Below, piece by piece: positions 1 through 11,641 of a stretch of 64,000 bases of DNA. Source of the DNA: Flaccisagitta enflata. Taxonomy: Eukaryota. Both the position numbers and the translations under genes were made by a program. The DNA lies in assembly GCA_965153355.1 (NCBI GenBank), contig OZ231126.1, forward strand, positions 38,316,001 through 38,380,000. The letters run 5' to 3'. Positions within the stretch are counted from its first letter, which is position 1, and each line of letters begins with the position of its first letter. Under the pieces are notes generated by a model that was not told where the DNA came from, ran no database searches, and saw only the letters and a program-made list of their open reading frames with translations.

Positions 1-233
1 GAAAGAAATAGAATGCCACTGTTTTTAGTCGCGTGCACGCGACTCTACAACCCACTCTGTCCGTCTGTCCGTCTGTCCGTCTGTCGGTAATACTTAGCTT
101 CACTTAGCTTTTTCGCCGCTCCTGCCCACCCGCACGCGACTTCGGCTCGTGTATACGGCCTTGTTCAATCTATGTGTTGGTACAAAAAATGTTTTAACAA
201 TACATGTATGTAAAAAACGCGATCCATTTATGA

Positions 234-450
234 AACAAGTGACGCGGGGTCACAATATCGTTGTGGACGGGTGGGTAGGGGCATCCAACCCCCATCTACA
301 CCCCAACCCATCCCCAACACTCAAACATACACAAAAAGTATCAAAAATGCTCGTTTTCCCACTTTTCAACTTGATGACCACGGACCAATGGACGGACGGA
401 TGGACGGAAGGACAAAGCCTCTTATAGAGTTGCGTGTCCGCAACTAAAAA
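234..450 (+). mobile_element. Short dispersed repeat, DINE-1/Helentron-like non-autonomous element (representative copy)
   Basis: AACAAG start, (GGAC)n microsatellite and terminal hairpin agttgcgtgtccgcaact-aaaaa. Related copies at ~22-165, 755-1443, 8326-8410, 38165-38415, 44100-44285, 57604-57795, 58433-58625 and 60050-60206. Confidence 0.6.
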
Positions 451-831
451 GAATCATCGTTGTTGTCTATGATCATATTCGGGTGAGTCAATATGCATAA
501 GGTCTTCTGCTCAGCACATCAATAATAAAGAACAAAAACAAATTCTAAAATCTTCACTAATCATTTTTAAAAAAATTTAAGTATCCTCCTTTTTTTCAAC
601 CCTATTTAGCTCTTACTTGATATAAACAATTATTTTTTCATGATTTATCCTTTAATATTCTCTATAAGTTGATTGTAAGAACTTTTACTTATTGACACAC
701 CCGAATGCTGCTTTTACACACAAACTTAAGCATAACTGAATGGGCGACTCCTTAAACAAGTGACGCGGGGTCACAACATCGTTGCGGACGGGTGGACAGG
801 GGCATCAAACCCTCATCCAAACTCCCACCTT

Positions 832-1343
832 TGGGTGTGTCAATATGCAAAAGGTTTTCTGATCAGATGGTCATCAACAGGGATTGTTGGAACATTAATT
901 CTAAGATACTTACCATTTTTCTTTTTCCAAATTTCATTCATCTTCTGTTTTTTGCTTGATCCCCATTTATCCCCTAATTTGTATATTGTAGTGCCATTGG
1001 TTTTGCACCTGGAGTATTGATGACAAGGAAAAGAATCAAAACACATAAGTTCTTTTATTCTTTATACTATAAAAGATTAGTCAAAATCTTCTACTTATAT
1101 ACAAAATGATTTAGTAATATAAAAATCAAAATTTTTAAAATGATTTATTGATCTCATTTTCAACAAAACTCGGTGCAGTCGCTAAAAGTATATATATTTT
1201 TGACAATCTTTACATGCGCTAAAAAAATGGAAAATGATTGAAATTGAAAAAAATAAAAACGGTAAGTGTTTTGTAATTAGTGTCTTCATACTCCCTGATG
1301 ATGATGAGCTGATCAAAAGACCTTTTGCATATTGACACACTCG
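832..1343. mobile_element. MITE with ~10-bp TSD (MULE-like)
   Basis: TIRs gggtgtgtcaatatgcaaaaggt / accttttgcatattgacacactc. actcccacct is duplicated at 821-830 and 1344-1353. Related copies at ~481-703 and ~1942-2443. Confidence 0.75.
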
Positions 1344-3542
1344 ACTCCCACCTCCACACACATATACACCAATGCATCTTAAACGCCTGTTTTCTCAGAT
1401 TTCGACTTTTGTACAGGGACCGACGGGTGTCCGCAACTAAAAACTATGGCATCACCTTTACGACTCAGTACTCTGAGTACATGAAATGTCAGGATAAAGT
1501 AAAGCTATCATTTGATAGTTTGTGTGTGTCAATGTAAGTGGCGCCATTAGGTCATTTTTGGTCAAACACTGAATAAAAAGAGACTTCCTGTCTTTACCCA
1601 GTTTACGTCAATCCTTGAGTTGAAAAGTGTACACGTAAATGCGCGCGTTTGTTTGTGTGTGTGCCATAAGTGGATATAGGAATACATCTTTATAAGAGGG
1701 TCTGTCCATCGGTCCGTCCGTCTGTATGTCCATTACGCTTCCTTAAAAGTCACCGTTTTTTGCACTTTTCAGCCGCGGCGATGTTGCTCATCAGATGCTT
1801 TAAGGTTGTTTGATTTATCTGTCCGTCCATTGACCTGTCCCTCCGTATACCTGACATGTTTAGCGCCAATGTCAATATAGGTAGGGACAGTCAGGACACA
1901 TCGTTGCTAGGTCGGGCTTGTTACACAACAATGCCGTATTCAGCTGTGTCAATACGTAAAATGTCTTTTAATCTAACCATCAACATTAAAGAACAAAAAT
2001 AAGTAATTTCTAAGATCTTTAACATTTTTATTTTTTCAAATTTCATCCATCTTCTGTTTTTTTCAAAACCCCTGTTCAGCCCCTGATTTGGATATTGCTG
2101 TGGTGTTGATTACACGCAAGAATGATTGGTTATAGGATAATGAAGTTGAAATGCTTTGCAATTTTGATTTCCATTCCAACTGCAAACAGAATGAAAAAAA
2201 TATTTTCTTTATAGAAATTTTTTTAAAAAAGATATTTTTTCAAAGAGTTCATCGTCTTTATTTTCACGAAAACTGAGCAGTGACTCAAAGTATATACATT
2301 TTGCTAATCTTCAATCCCGCTAAAAAAACGGAAGATTCATGAATTTCTAAAAAATAAAAACGGTAAAGGTCTTAGAATTCATTTATCTACATTCCCTAAA
2401 GTCGCTGATCAGAGCAAACGAACTTTTGCATTTTGACACACCTGAATGCCGTATACACGGCAGCATTAGTCGCGGACGGGTGGGCAGGAGCGGAAAACCT
2501 TGAAAAACAGACCGACGGACCAACAGGCGGACCGACAGACTGAAAAGGGGCTTCTAGAGTCACTTGTCCGCGACTATAAATAATGATCAGATTTTTACTC
2601 CTTGAAGTTTTAAGTTTGGCTCTATCTAGAAATGAATGTAATCCTCTGATGGTGCCATTTGTATCATCATGAGTTTTTAAACACTATCTCATATGCCCTG
2701 TCTAGCTGCTGCGAGGGAGGTGGAACAGTTGTTTGGGGGGCCTCTTGATAGTCGCGGATACGCTACTACCACTTGCCGTGTCGGTCGGTAGGTTGGTCCA
2801 ATGGTCCATCCGTCTGTCTGTCAGTTTTAAATTCTCAGCGCTTTTTCACAACAGATCTCCGTCCGCGCCTGGATTGCCGTTTATCCGGCCTTGTGTAATT
2901 ACTCTCAAATCAGTAATTAGATCATTGAAGTATACCACGTCCAAGGCCATTTTTTGCACATAAAAAGAATAAAGTCATAAAAGCAGCATATTTTGCAAGA
3001 TTGTTGCCGCTGTTACTGTCGCCGCTCACAATTGCTGCCACTGCCAATTCTTAAATTGCTGGGGTTTCTTTTTGTTGATGTTGCTGCCATTTTCTGCTAC
3101 TGATGTTGCCGCGGATGTCAACCGTTGCTGAAGTTAACTTCCGACTAAGCCGCTACAGTTTTTACTGTCGGTACTGTTTGTTTTTGTTGCTTCCAATGCC
3201 GTTAGTTGACACTTCCATCACTACTGATTTTTTCAGTGGCGGTTGCGACATTTGTTATTCTGTCGTTGCTGTTATTACTATTGCTGTTGAACAAGGCCGG
3301 ATACACGACTATATCAAAGTCGCGCGCAAGTGGGTAGGAGCAGAGATAAAGCAGGCTAACAAAGTTGCGGAGGTTCCATGATAAACGCCGAATAAGTAGT
3401 GCCAAAGACAAATTGGGAGTTTTACTAATTAACTCCATCAGATACCCATGCCGCGTGCGACAGGGGCAGTAACATTTGGGAAAACATTTGGGCAGGGGAG
3501 TTAAAAAAAAAGCTGCCTGTAAATACCAAAAAAAATGAAATG

Positions 3543-3883
3543 TTACGGACAAATAGACTGACTATGCATAGTAGCGGGTTGCATGCAAATTATGAATAAT
3601 CTTATCTCATCAGCGAAAGTAACTTCTATCGCTGCTCCTACCCGAGCAGGGTACATTGACCCAGCCGTTCGTAATGTCAGCTTCCCGCCATTGCAATTCA
3701 AGACCAACTGTATTCTCGAGACTTTTACTTCGTCCATGGCCATTGTGGCGTCCCCTACATCCATAGCCGCTGATGCATTCTTAAAATTCAGATATGGATC
3801 CACGCATCCATCAACAATGTCTTTTTCAAGACAACATTTTGAAAAGTGGAACAAATATTTTTCCGATGTCGACATATCGACAT
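3543..3883 (-). CDS. Probable late or terminal exon of host gene
   Basis: tttttatatcaacccag|AT (phase 1) enters the frame of ORF 3543-3875. The 3' end runs into a repeat, so the end is uncertain. Confidence 0.4.
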
Positions 3884-4387
3884 CTGGGTTGATATAAAAA
3901 TTTCTTTATCTCCAAATACGACAACATCAGAAAGTATAGCCTTATCTTACAACATGACTCAACTCGATCATCTGCTAAAATATCATTATGCGCCCATTTG
4001 TGAAATGACACGTGACTGCGATAGCTCTGACCCTAACCCTAACCCTAAAACCAACCCCCATCCCCAACCTTAACCCTAACCCTACCCCTAACCCTGAATA
4101 AAAACCCGCTTAGAAAGTCAGTAAAACAAAAGACATCACCGAATTCGAAAGCAGTACCCAAACTTTTTCATTTCCTTTCTTGATTTTTTTTTTTGTTTCG
4201 TTCTTTCATTATTGTTTCTCTCTACATTTATTCCTTTGCTTTTCCAGCTTCTTTTCTTGTTTTCTCATTCATCTATTCATTCATTAATTCATTCATTCTA
4301 ACATTTATTCATTTATTCATTCTAACATTCATTCATTCATTCATTTATACATTCCTCTGATCATACGTCTCCTCATTTTTTCATTCA

Positions 4388-4571
<184 letters not shown>

Positions 4572-4600
4572 AATATTTCCCTCTCCCTCTTAATTCTCAC

Positions 4601-4817
4601 CGCTGTTTCTTGTTCCAAACTTGACAATGGAGTCTGAGAACGATGCTGGCGAGTGGACGTCGACCAAGATGCTGGCGCTTCGCTTCCTCGAATCTGAGTC
4701 CCGCATTCTGCTGCGCGCTTTTAGAGTCTCGTCGGTCAGAAATTGAGTACGTTTCATCATCGGAGATGAGCTTCCATCACGATCAACAACGATTGGATTC
4801 TCCAACTTGTCTACGCT
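4601..4817 (-). CDS. Exon of host gene
   Basis: ccag|AGC (phase 0) to AGCG|gtgaga, within ORF 4590-5327. Confidence 0.55.
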
Positions 4818-4932
4818 CTGGATCCAGATCAGATCGTAGTCGAATAACAACGTTGAATTTGCTATAATACGACCAACAACGACAGCGACAACATCAACAA
4901 CAACAAACAACAACAACATTACCACCACCACC

Positions 4933-4985
<53 letters not shown>

Positions 4986-4989
4986 CTTT

Positions 4990-5105
<116 letters not shown>

Positions 5106-5114
5106 CGACAACAC

Positions 5115-5313
5115 CTTATTCAACACTTCCGCCACGATATCCTTGGCCAAATTCTTTATTTCCAGTTCGAGCTGTTCCTTAAGGAATGACTCCTTCAGAT
5201 GACTCGGTTTCCAGTCGCTTTCGAAATATCCTCCAAAGTTTGCATCCGGTCGAGTCAGTCGACGCCATTCTTCAAGCGTCTCTTCCCGCATCTTCACGAT
5301 GTTTCGGCGCCAC
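5115..5313 (-). CDS. Exon of SPAG17/PF6-like gene
   Basis: WRRNIVKMREETLEEWRRL...GGYFESDW resembles the late SPAG17 PxYFxS motif. Donor AAG|gtgttg, weak acceptor. Confidence 0.55.
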
Positions 5314-5458
5314 CTTCGACCGGTCATAAGAGATCATTCTTTTCAGTGCAATTTTCACATGACCACATGACAAATCGTTATTCTTTTTTTATGTCATAAA
5401 ATGCTTGGTCACATACGTGAGGTCATTTCGTCCATCAAGCTCACCTTTTAAGCTTCAC

Positions 5459-5815
5459 CCTCGCCCATTTTCTTGGCTGCTGTTTCCGATCACTTCCCCT
5501 ATACATCCACATGCGCCTTCGCCCTTCAAAGCCCATGCATCCGGTCTTAAGTTCATCATAAATTTCTCCCGTCCTACAAACCTGTCTTCATCAATCTCAA
5601 TTTGGTAAGGAGTTTTGTAAATATCCCACAGCGCCTCAGACTCAAGATTGAGAAATGCTTTGGTCTCGCGGACGAGCCTCTTCAAGTCCTGATCCCAGTA
5701 GTTTATTCTCAATTGAGCTGGATCCGGACAACACATCCAACAATGAGACGCTGAAGATGAAACGCCGTCTTCGCTTTGAGTGTAACAAGTACATCGTGCT
5801 TTGGGTTGACCGAAA
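5459..5815 (-). CDS. Exon of SPAG17/PF6-like gene, downstream of the LTR element
   Basis: Acceptor ttttcgttctccag|, open frame ...DLKRLVRETKAFLNLESEALWDIYKTPYQIEIDEDR..., donor GG|gtgaag. Confidence 0.55.
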
Positions 5816-5920
5816 CTGGAGAACGAAAACAAAACAATTGATAACATTTACAGCACCAGTCGTCTACGCTATTGTTTTGAACAGTTTATTTCACGTTTTT
5901 TATTCAAAATAACCAACCGT

Positions 5921-7319
5921 CACTGCTGTCTCACGTAAGGTTTGAGACAAGAATGATATTACTATGCGGTTTTCTGCATTTTTGCAGAGTGCATGAGTAT
6001 ACAGACCAAGAACTATCAAGCGAAAAATCTTTCCCAAGGCGCTTTTTGAAAAAAATGAAAAATTCTAGATTTTTAGCTTCATTTTGCATAGATTTTTTTT
6101 CAGGTTGGTTTGATTTATTTATCGACAGCATGATATTAATCCTGATGATATTCCCTTTCATTTGATAGGTCGCACTATTTAATTTGCACAAAAAATAAAA
6201 TATTCATTTTTAAAGCCACCGTTACAAAATTAAAACGGTGGCCTAAAATATGAATTTTTGATTTTTTATGGAAACCATTCAGTGTGACCTATCAAATGAA
6301 TTGGAATTTCATCAGGATTAACATTATGCTGTCAAAAAATAGGTCAAACCAACCTAGAAAATTTCTTTTGCAAAATAATGCAAAAAAACTTGAGGCAATT
6401 TCTCCTATAAAGTGGGCCGGCTGAAAAACATGATTTGGCAAACAAAAAAACACAGTTTTTTCCCACCAATCATTTTGTTGATAATGATAGCTGTTCTGAC
6501 ACATCCCCTGGGACCAAGTGTCTAACAAACATGCTTCATAATCAAGATTTTGATAGATTAGGTGGCCAAAAGTAGAGCCAAATAAGCCTATTTTCCCTGT
6601 CACACTTATGTCACACTTCATATCTACTATGATAAAGACACCAAGAAATTGTCAAGCCTATCCAACCATGGGTCCTTTATGTACCATTACTATCCCTAAA
6701 GAAACACCAAAAATTTCATGGTGATCGGTGGTCATTTACTATGGAAAAAGTTTGCTCATAGTTGATTTGTCAAATATGAAAAAATATTCAATCTTGATAT
6801 AGAAATATGCTGTACACGAAAAAGCATACTTTTAAGTGTGATGGAAAATTTCTTTTTTTCCCCTGTTTAGTAAACACATAACCCAGGTTACATGCCAATT
6901 TTCAGACCTTCAAGTCTGTTCTAGGCGGAGATATTGATTTTTTATAAAAGTGTCCTATCGAGTTAACACCTTGTCACACTATGTCACACCGTTTTTCATA
7001 AAAAGTCATATGATTAAACACAGTTTAAGACTTTAAGTGACTTTTTCAGTGTGACTTGAAAAAGCATCGAATTTTGAGCCTACAACCCAAATTTCAAGCT
7101 GAAAGATGCAACTATCATTGAATTATATTATTTTTTTTAATGTTAACTCAATCAGGCACTCAATTTTTGCCGGCCCGGTTTATAGGAGAAACTGCCTTGA
7201 ATTTTTCATTTTTTTCAAAAAACGCCTCAGGAAAGATTTTCTACTCTGAACTCTGCAAAAATGCAAAAAACCGCTTAGTAATATCATTCTTGTCTCAAAC
7301 CTTATGTGAGACAGTAGTG
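5921..7319. mobile_element. Non-autonomous CACTA (CMC/EnSpm) DNA transposon
   Basis: Ends CACTG...TAGTG with long TIRs (ctgtctcac.taaggtttgagacaagaatgatattact). 3-bp TSD CGT at 5918-5920 and 7320-7322. Confidence 0.85.
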
Positions 7320-8974
7320 CGTCAATAATTGTTACGCTACAAGATCAAAAAAAAAAAAAAAAAAAAACGAGAGAAAAAAATTCCCTTCATTTCAGCAAAT
7401 CTGTGAATCTTTTTAAATTTTGAAGTGAACTATTGCTTACAATAAGCTTTTTTTTTCATGCTCTTGCATAGTTTTTTGTCGAGATTTATACTCATAGCTC
7501 TTTTAAACAAGGTCAACAAACCTTAGTCGCGTGGTAATAAGGGTAATAAAGGTAATAAAGGTAAATAAGGTAATTAAGGTAATTAAGGTAATAAAGATAA
7601 TGAAGATAACTAAGTACCTATATCTTCCTATAATTACCCACGTTTACCTAAAACTACCTGTAAATACCTATAATTACCTACAATTACATAAAATTACTAT
7701 GAATTATCTATAATCACCTATAATTACCCATTATTTCCTATATTTCCTACAATATCCTCAATTTATAGTGCGAGACAACTTTTCTGACTTATATGATACA
7801 GATTACTAAAATACCTATATTTACCTAAAATTACCTGAAATTACCTATAATTACCAAAAATTGCCTATAATTACCTTTAATAACCTTCAATAACCTTTAA
7901 AACGACTATAAAGCCTATATTTCAAAAAAGTTACCGACCGACAGACCGACCGACAGACCGACCGACATAGCGGCTTCTAGAGTCGCGTTCACGCGACTAA
8001 AAACACATAGAACAGCAGTATTTTATGCACAACACAACCAAGACAGAAAAATCACGGGACAAAACAAATATAGAAAAAAAAAAGATTTTTAACATGAAAT
8101 ATTATCCTTTGCTGTGGATGTAATATTGTCTTTTTCTATACTGAAAATAGTTCTCCGAGCTTTATTTGATGAGTATAAAACACAACACAAACAAATTTGG
8201 ACCTAATTCAAAATGATAGATCAACTTGGCGCTTGCTACATGAATTGTGTGTGTTCACCTTGGACGCGTGTTTCCTTCGGCATCCATGGGACTCAGGGGA
8301 AAAGACGAATCTACGAGATCGAGAGAACAAGTGACGCGGGGTCACAATATCGTTGCGGACGGGTGGGCAAGGGCATTCAAACCCCATCCACCCCCCCAAC
8401 ACACACCCAAACTAGTCATCCAAGGATCGCACATGGTCAGCGGTACCCGATGCCCTGCTGGGAGTGATCCAGTGAAGAAGTGGAGGGAGAACAGGGCAGC
8501 GGCCCCAAAAGGCCGATGTCCTGTAGAACACATAGGGGAATTTCCAGACGTCCTGAGGGGGCATATTTAAAGCCTTAGATGACTGATTTAGGCCAAAGAG
8601 GGTATATTTGATGGCTGGAGGGCAGATTTAAGGCTTGGCGAGCAAATTTGATGCTTGAAGGGCTAATTGAAGGTCTGGAGAGCAGATTTGAGGTGTGGAG
8701 GTCAGATTTGAGGCTGGGGAGGTTGATTTGGAGGCTGGGGGGGCTGATTTGAAGCCTGGAAGGCTGTTTTGAGGCCAAGAAGGCTGATTTGAGGCCTGGA
8801 GGGCAAATTTGGGGCCTTGATGGCCAACGAGGGGATGGAAGGACGGACGGACGGACAGAAGGATGGACGTATGGAAATTCCCCCTTGTGTTCTACAAGAC
8901 ATCAACCCTTTGGAGCCACTGCCCAAAAAACATCTAAAACGCTTTTTGAGCAGTGGCCTTAAAGGGATCGATGA

Positions 8975-9975
8975 TGTCACGAAGCATGGTCTTGCACCAA
9001 TTTTGTCTATTCTTACGGATTATTTGGTTTGTATTTAGGCCTTAGATTTTGATTTATTGATTGATATTTTGGTTATATTAAGATATTTTACTTAGATTTG
9101 ACCATTTTATTTAGACTGGCTTTTATCGTTTGCATTTATTACAGGTTTGAATTATTCTGGTTTCATTTATTGACATTGCTTAGATTTATTGATTGATTTA
9201 TTGCCTCGTTTATTCGTTTATTTCAGGCATTTATTGATTTGTCTGTCTGATTTGTCCTCATTTCGGTCCAAATTGTTCATGTTTGTCCGTATGATCTTTT
9301 CTTGCTTTGCATTTTGTTTCTGTCATGAATCTCCTGCGCCTTTTGTTATTTGGGCTATTTTAGACCAAATTCGTAGCGCCCTCATTTGACCATTATTTGC
9401 ATTTTTTACTGGCTGACGCAATTCGGCTTCGAAGATTCCATGATATTTTATCGCGTTCTAGAACTTTTTGTTGCTTATATACCGCCATTTTGCCGGCAAT
9501 ATTCTCACGGACTCTAGAGAGACGCTTCGAATTACTAAAAACTACGTTTCCGTATATTAAATAGACGATTTTTACCATTATTTGCATCGATACGAGCATT
9601 ATTGGGACGCTTTTCGACTTCCCTTAGCGCCAAACAAAGGTGAGAGCTTGGTTTGGGTCCGTATTTTTTATTATTTTTCCTGTACTTAGCCTTATTTTTC
9701 CTGTTTCCGGCTTATTTTCCCCGTATTTAGCCTCATATTTTGTCATTATTCTGTCATTATTTGGTCAGTATTTTGTCACTTTTAGTAGTATTCATTATCT
9801 CCTTTATTTTCACTGTCTTGCAGCTTTAACTAACTTCGACTACCGTTCAAATAAAAGAAGATTTCGTTACGATCGCTCTGTATTTGTTTGGGGATCGAGG
9901 TTTAGTCACGAGCGGCGCAGCCGCATACAGGAGAGCTAGAGGCATTGGGCATTTAGTTTAGTACACCAGAATACA
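8975..9975 (+). repeat. 5' LTR (1001 bp)
   Basis: TG...CA ends, AATAAA at 9850-9855. Matches 34644-35644 at a constant offset of 25669, and three ORF-track translations are identical between the copies. Confidence 0.95.
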
Positions 9976-9990
9976 GTTAAAGCTTTAAAT
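9976..9990 (+). promoter_or_regulatory. Non-canonical primer-binding site region
   Basis: gttaaagctttaaat directly follows the LTR-terminal CA, with no TGG. Conserved in the inverted copies ending at 29686 and 33238, and complementary to LTR 9822-9831. Confidence 0.5.
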
Positions 9991-10797
9991 AGCGCATGCC
10001 CTGGCTCTTTTGTGTGTGTCTATCGTTGATCAGAACCCACAAAGACAAAGAACCGTCCTCAATCTTCGCTCGATCGAATCAACGCCCAAAGTAATAAAGA
10101 AACCGACGCGACGATCAAGAATCAACTCGGAATCGATGCCCCACTTGGACACGTATCTCATGAGAGAAAAAAAAATCCAAACAGAAGAAGGAAACCTCGT
10201 AAACGCCGATCGAGTCTTCTCCGAGGTAGCGCGTGAACAGATCAACTTGCGTGAATAATTAGTAAATCAAACTGACAGTCCCCGCTCACCCGGTGACCAT
10301 CGGAAACACCGCATTTTGCACACGTGAATTTGCACATCCCTAGAAAGCTAGAAACATCATTTTCAAGGGTCTTCGTTCACGAAGAAACTTGATTGTCAGT
10401 CAGTGTCATTTTCAAGCAGTTACACGTCTTCTGCTGAGGTCCCTCGTTCGCGAGTGACCTCGGCTCGCTAGAAATCCTTGCTACTAGAATCTAGAATTTC
10501 GAAGAGCCCCTCACCGGGTGATTCGGTCCTCTGTTAGATTTTTAGAAACGCTTAATTTTCGAAGAACCCCTTTCCGGGTAATTCGGTCCCGTCAGTCAGA
10601 ACATCAGGCTAATAAGGATAACAGCTGATTAGGCCTCGGTAACCGAGGACTTTCAAGCTGAGATCTTACAGGTCATTAGGGACATTTTTTCAGAGCTCGT
10701 TTGCAGCTTTGATAACAAACAAATCTCGAGAGTTGGGCCTATTTTGGCACCTAAGTTCGAGTCTCTCTGTTCATCAGAGGGTTCTAAACAGTCCCGT

Positions 10798-10881
10798 ATG
10801 TCCCGCAGGCCCAAGGGCCGCGGGATGTACTTTCACGGGGACACTACGCCCGACGATCGCGGGATGTCAGTAGGAATCTAG
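10798..10881 (+). pseudogene. Truncated third variant of the ORF1 start (MSRRPKGRGMYF...) inside the leader
   Basis: Upstream DNA gggcctattttggcacctaagttcgagtctct resembles gggcctaaattggcacgtaaattcgagtctct before the ORF1a ATG. The peptide resembles MPRSPQGSGMY. Inverted copies at ~28503-28586 and ~32190-32270. Confidence 0.55.
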
Positions 10882-11641
10882 AGAGGAAAAGAATCAGTGA
10901 AAACAGAACCCTTAAAGCATGTAGTAGCTTGCGCGGCAAAACCTTAAATTCCAACGTAAAAAAAAGAAAAGAACTCGGAAAGGAAAGAAAAGAAAGAAGA
11001 AAGAAAGAAAAGAAAGAAAAAAAAGAAAGAAAAAAAAAGAAAGAAAAAAAAGAAAGAAAGAAAGAAAAGAAAGAAAAAGAAAGAAAGAAAAGAAAGAAAG
11101 AAAGAAAAGAAAAAAAAGAAAAAAAAAAAAAAGTAAAAAAAAAAAATAGAAAACACGAAGTCTCTCTGCCAACCCGAGGACGGAGAGCGGCCGTGCCCGC
11201 ACATCTGTAGCTCGGGCCAGTTCCGCAATCCTCTTCCTACTCAGAACTTAGAAAGACGAAGAAATGAAAGAAACTATGAATCAGAATTAAATTCGCAGAA
11301 CTTGGGAGGAAATAAAGAACTTGGAAAGAAAGAACTCGAAAGTTAGAAAGAACTCGAAAGTTAGAAAAAACTCGAAAGTTAGAATCCATTTGACCTGGGA
11401 AATAGAAGTATTTGTTATCAATGAAACTCAATTCAGTTGAGTTGATTCAGTTCTGCATCCTACATCAATTCAGTCAATTATGCCTCGGCATCCGAGGAAT
11501 TTTGGCTTGAGAGCAAGTAACTGTTAGAAAACTTTCTTAGAAGCTCGTCTATAGCTCTAAAACTTCAAAAAATGTCGAGGTGGGCCTAAATTGGCACGTA
11601 AATTCGAGTCTCTTTGCTAACCCAGAGAATAGCCCATCAAT

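Noticed and set aside
4030-4097. CCCTAA repeats as a telomere or fusion site
   Set aside because: Short, degenerate and interstitial, and similar tracts are part of a dispersed repeat.
9189-9389. 66-aa ORF present in all three LTRs
   Set aside because: TTG start in T-rich DNA with many amino-acid changes in the diverged copy. Its recurrence is explained by LTR duplication.
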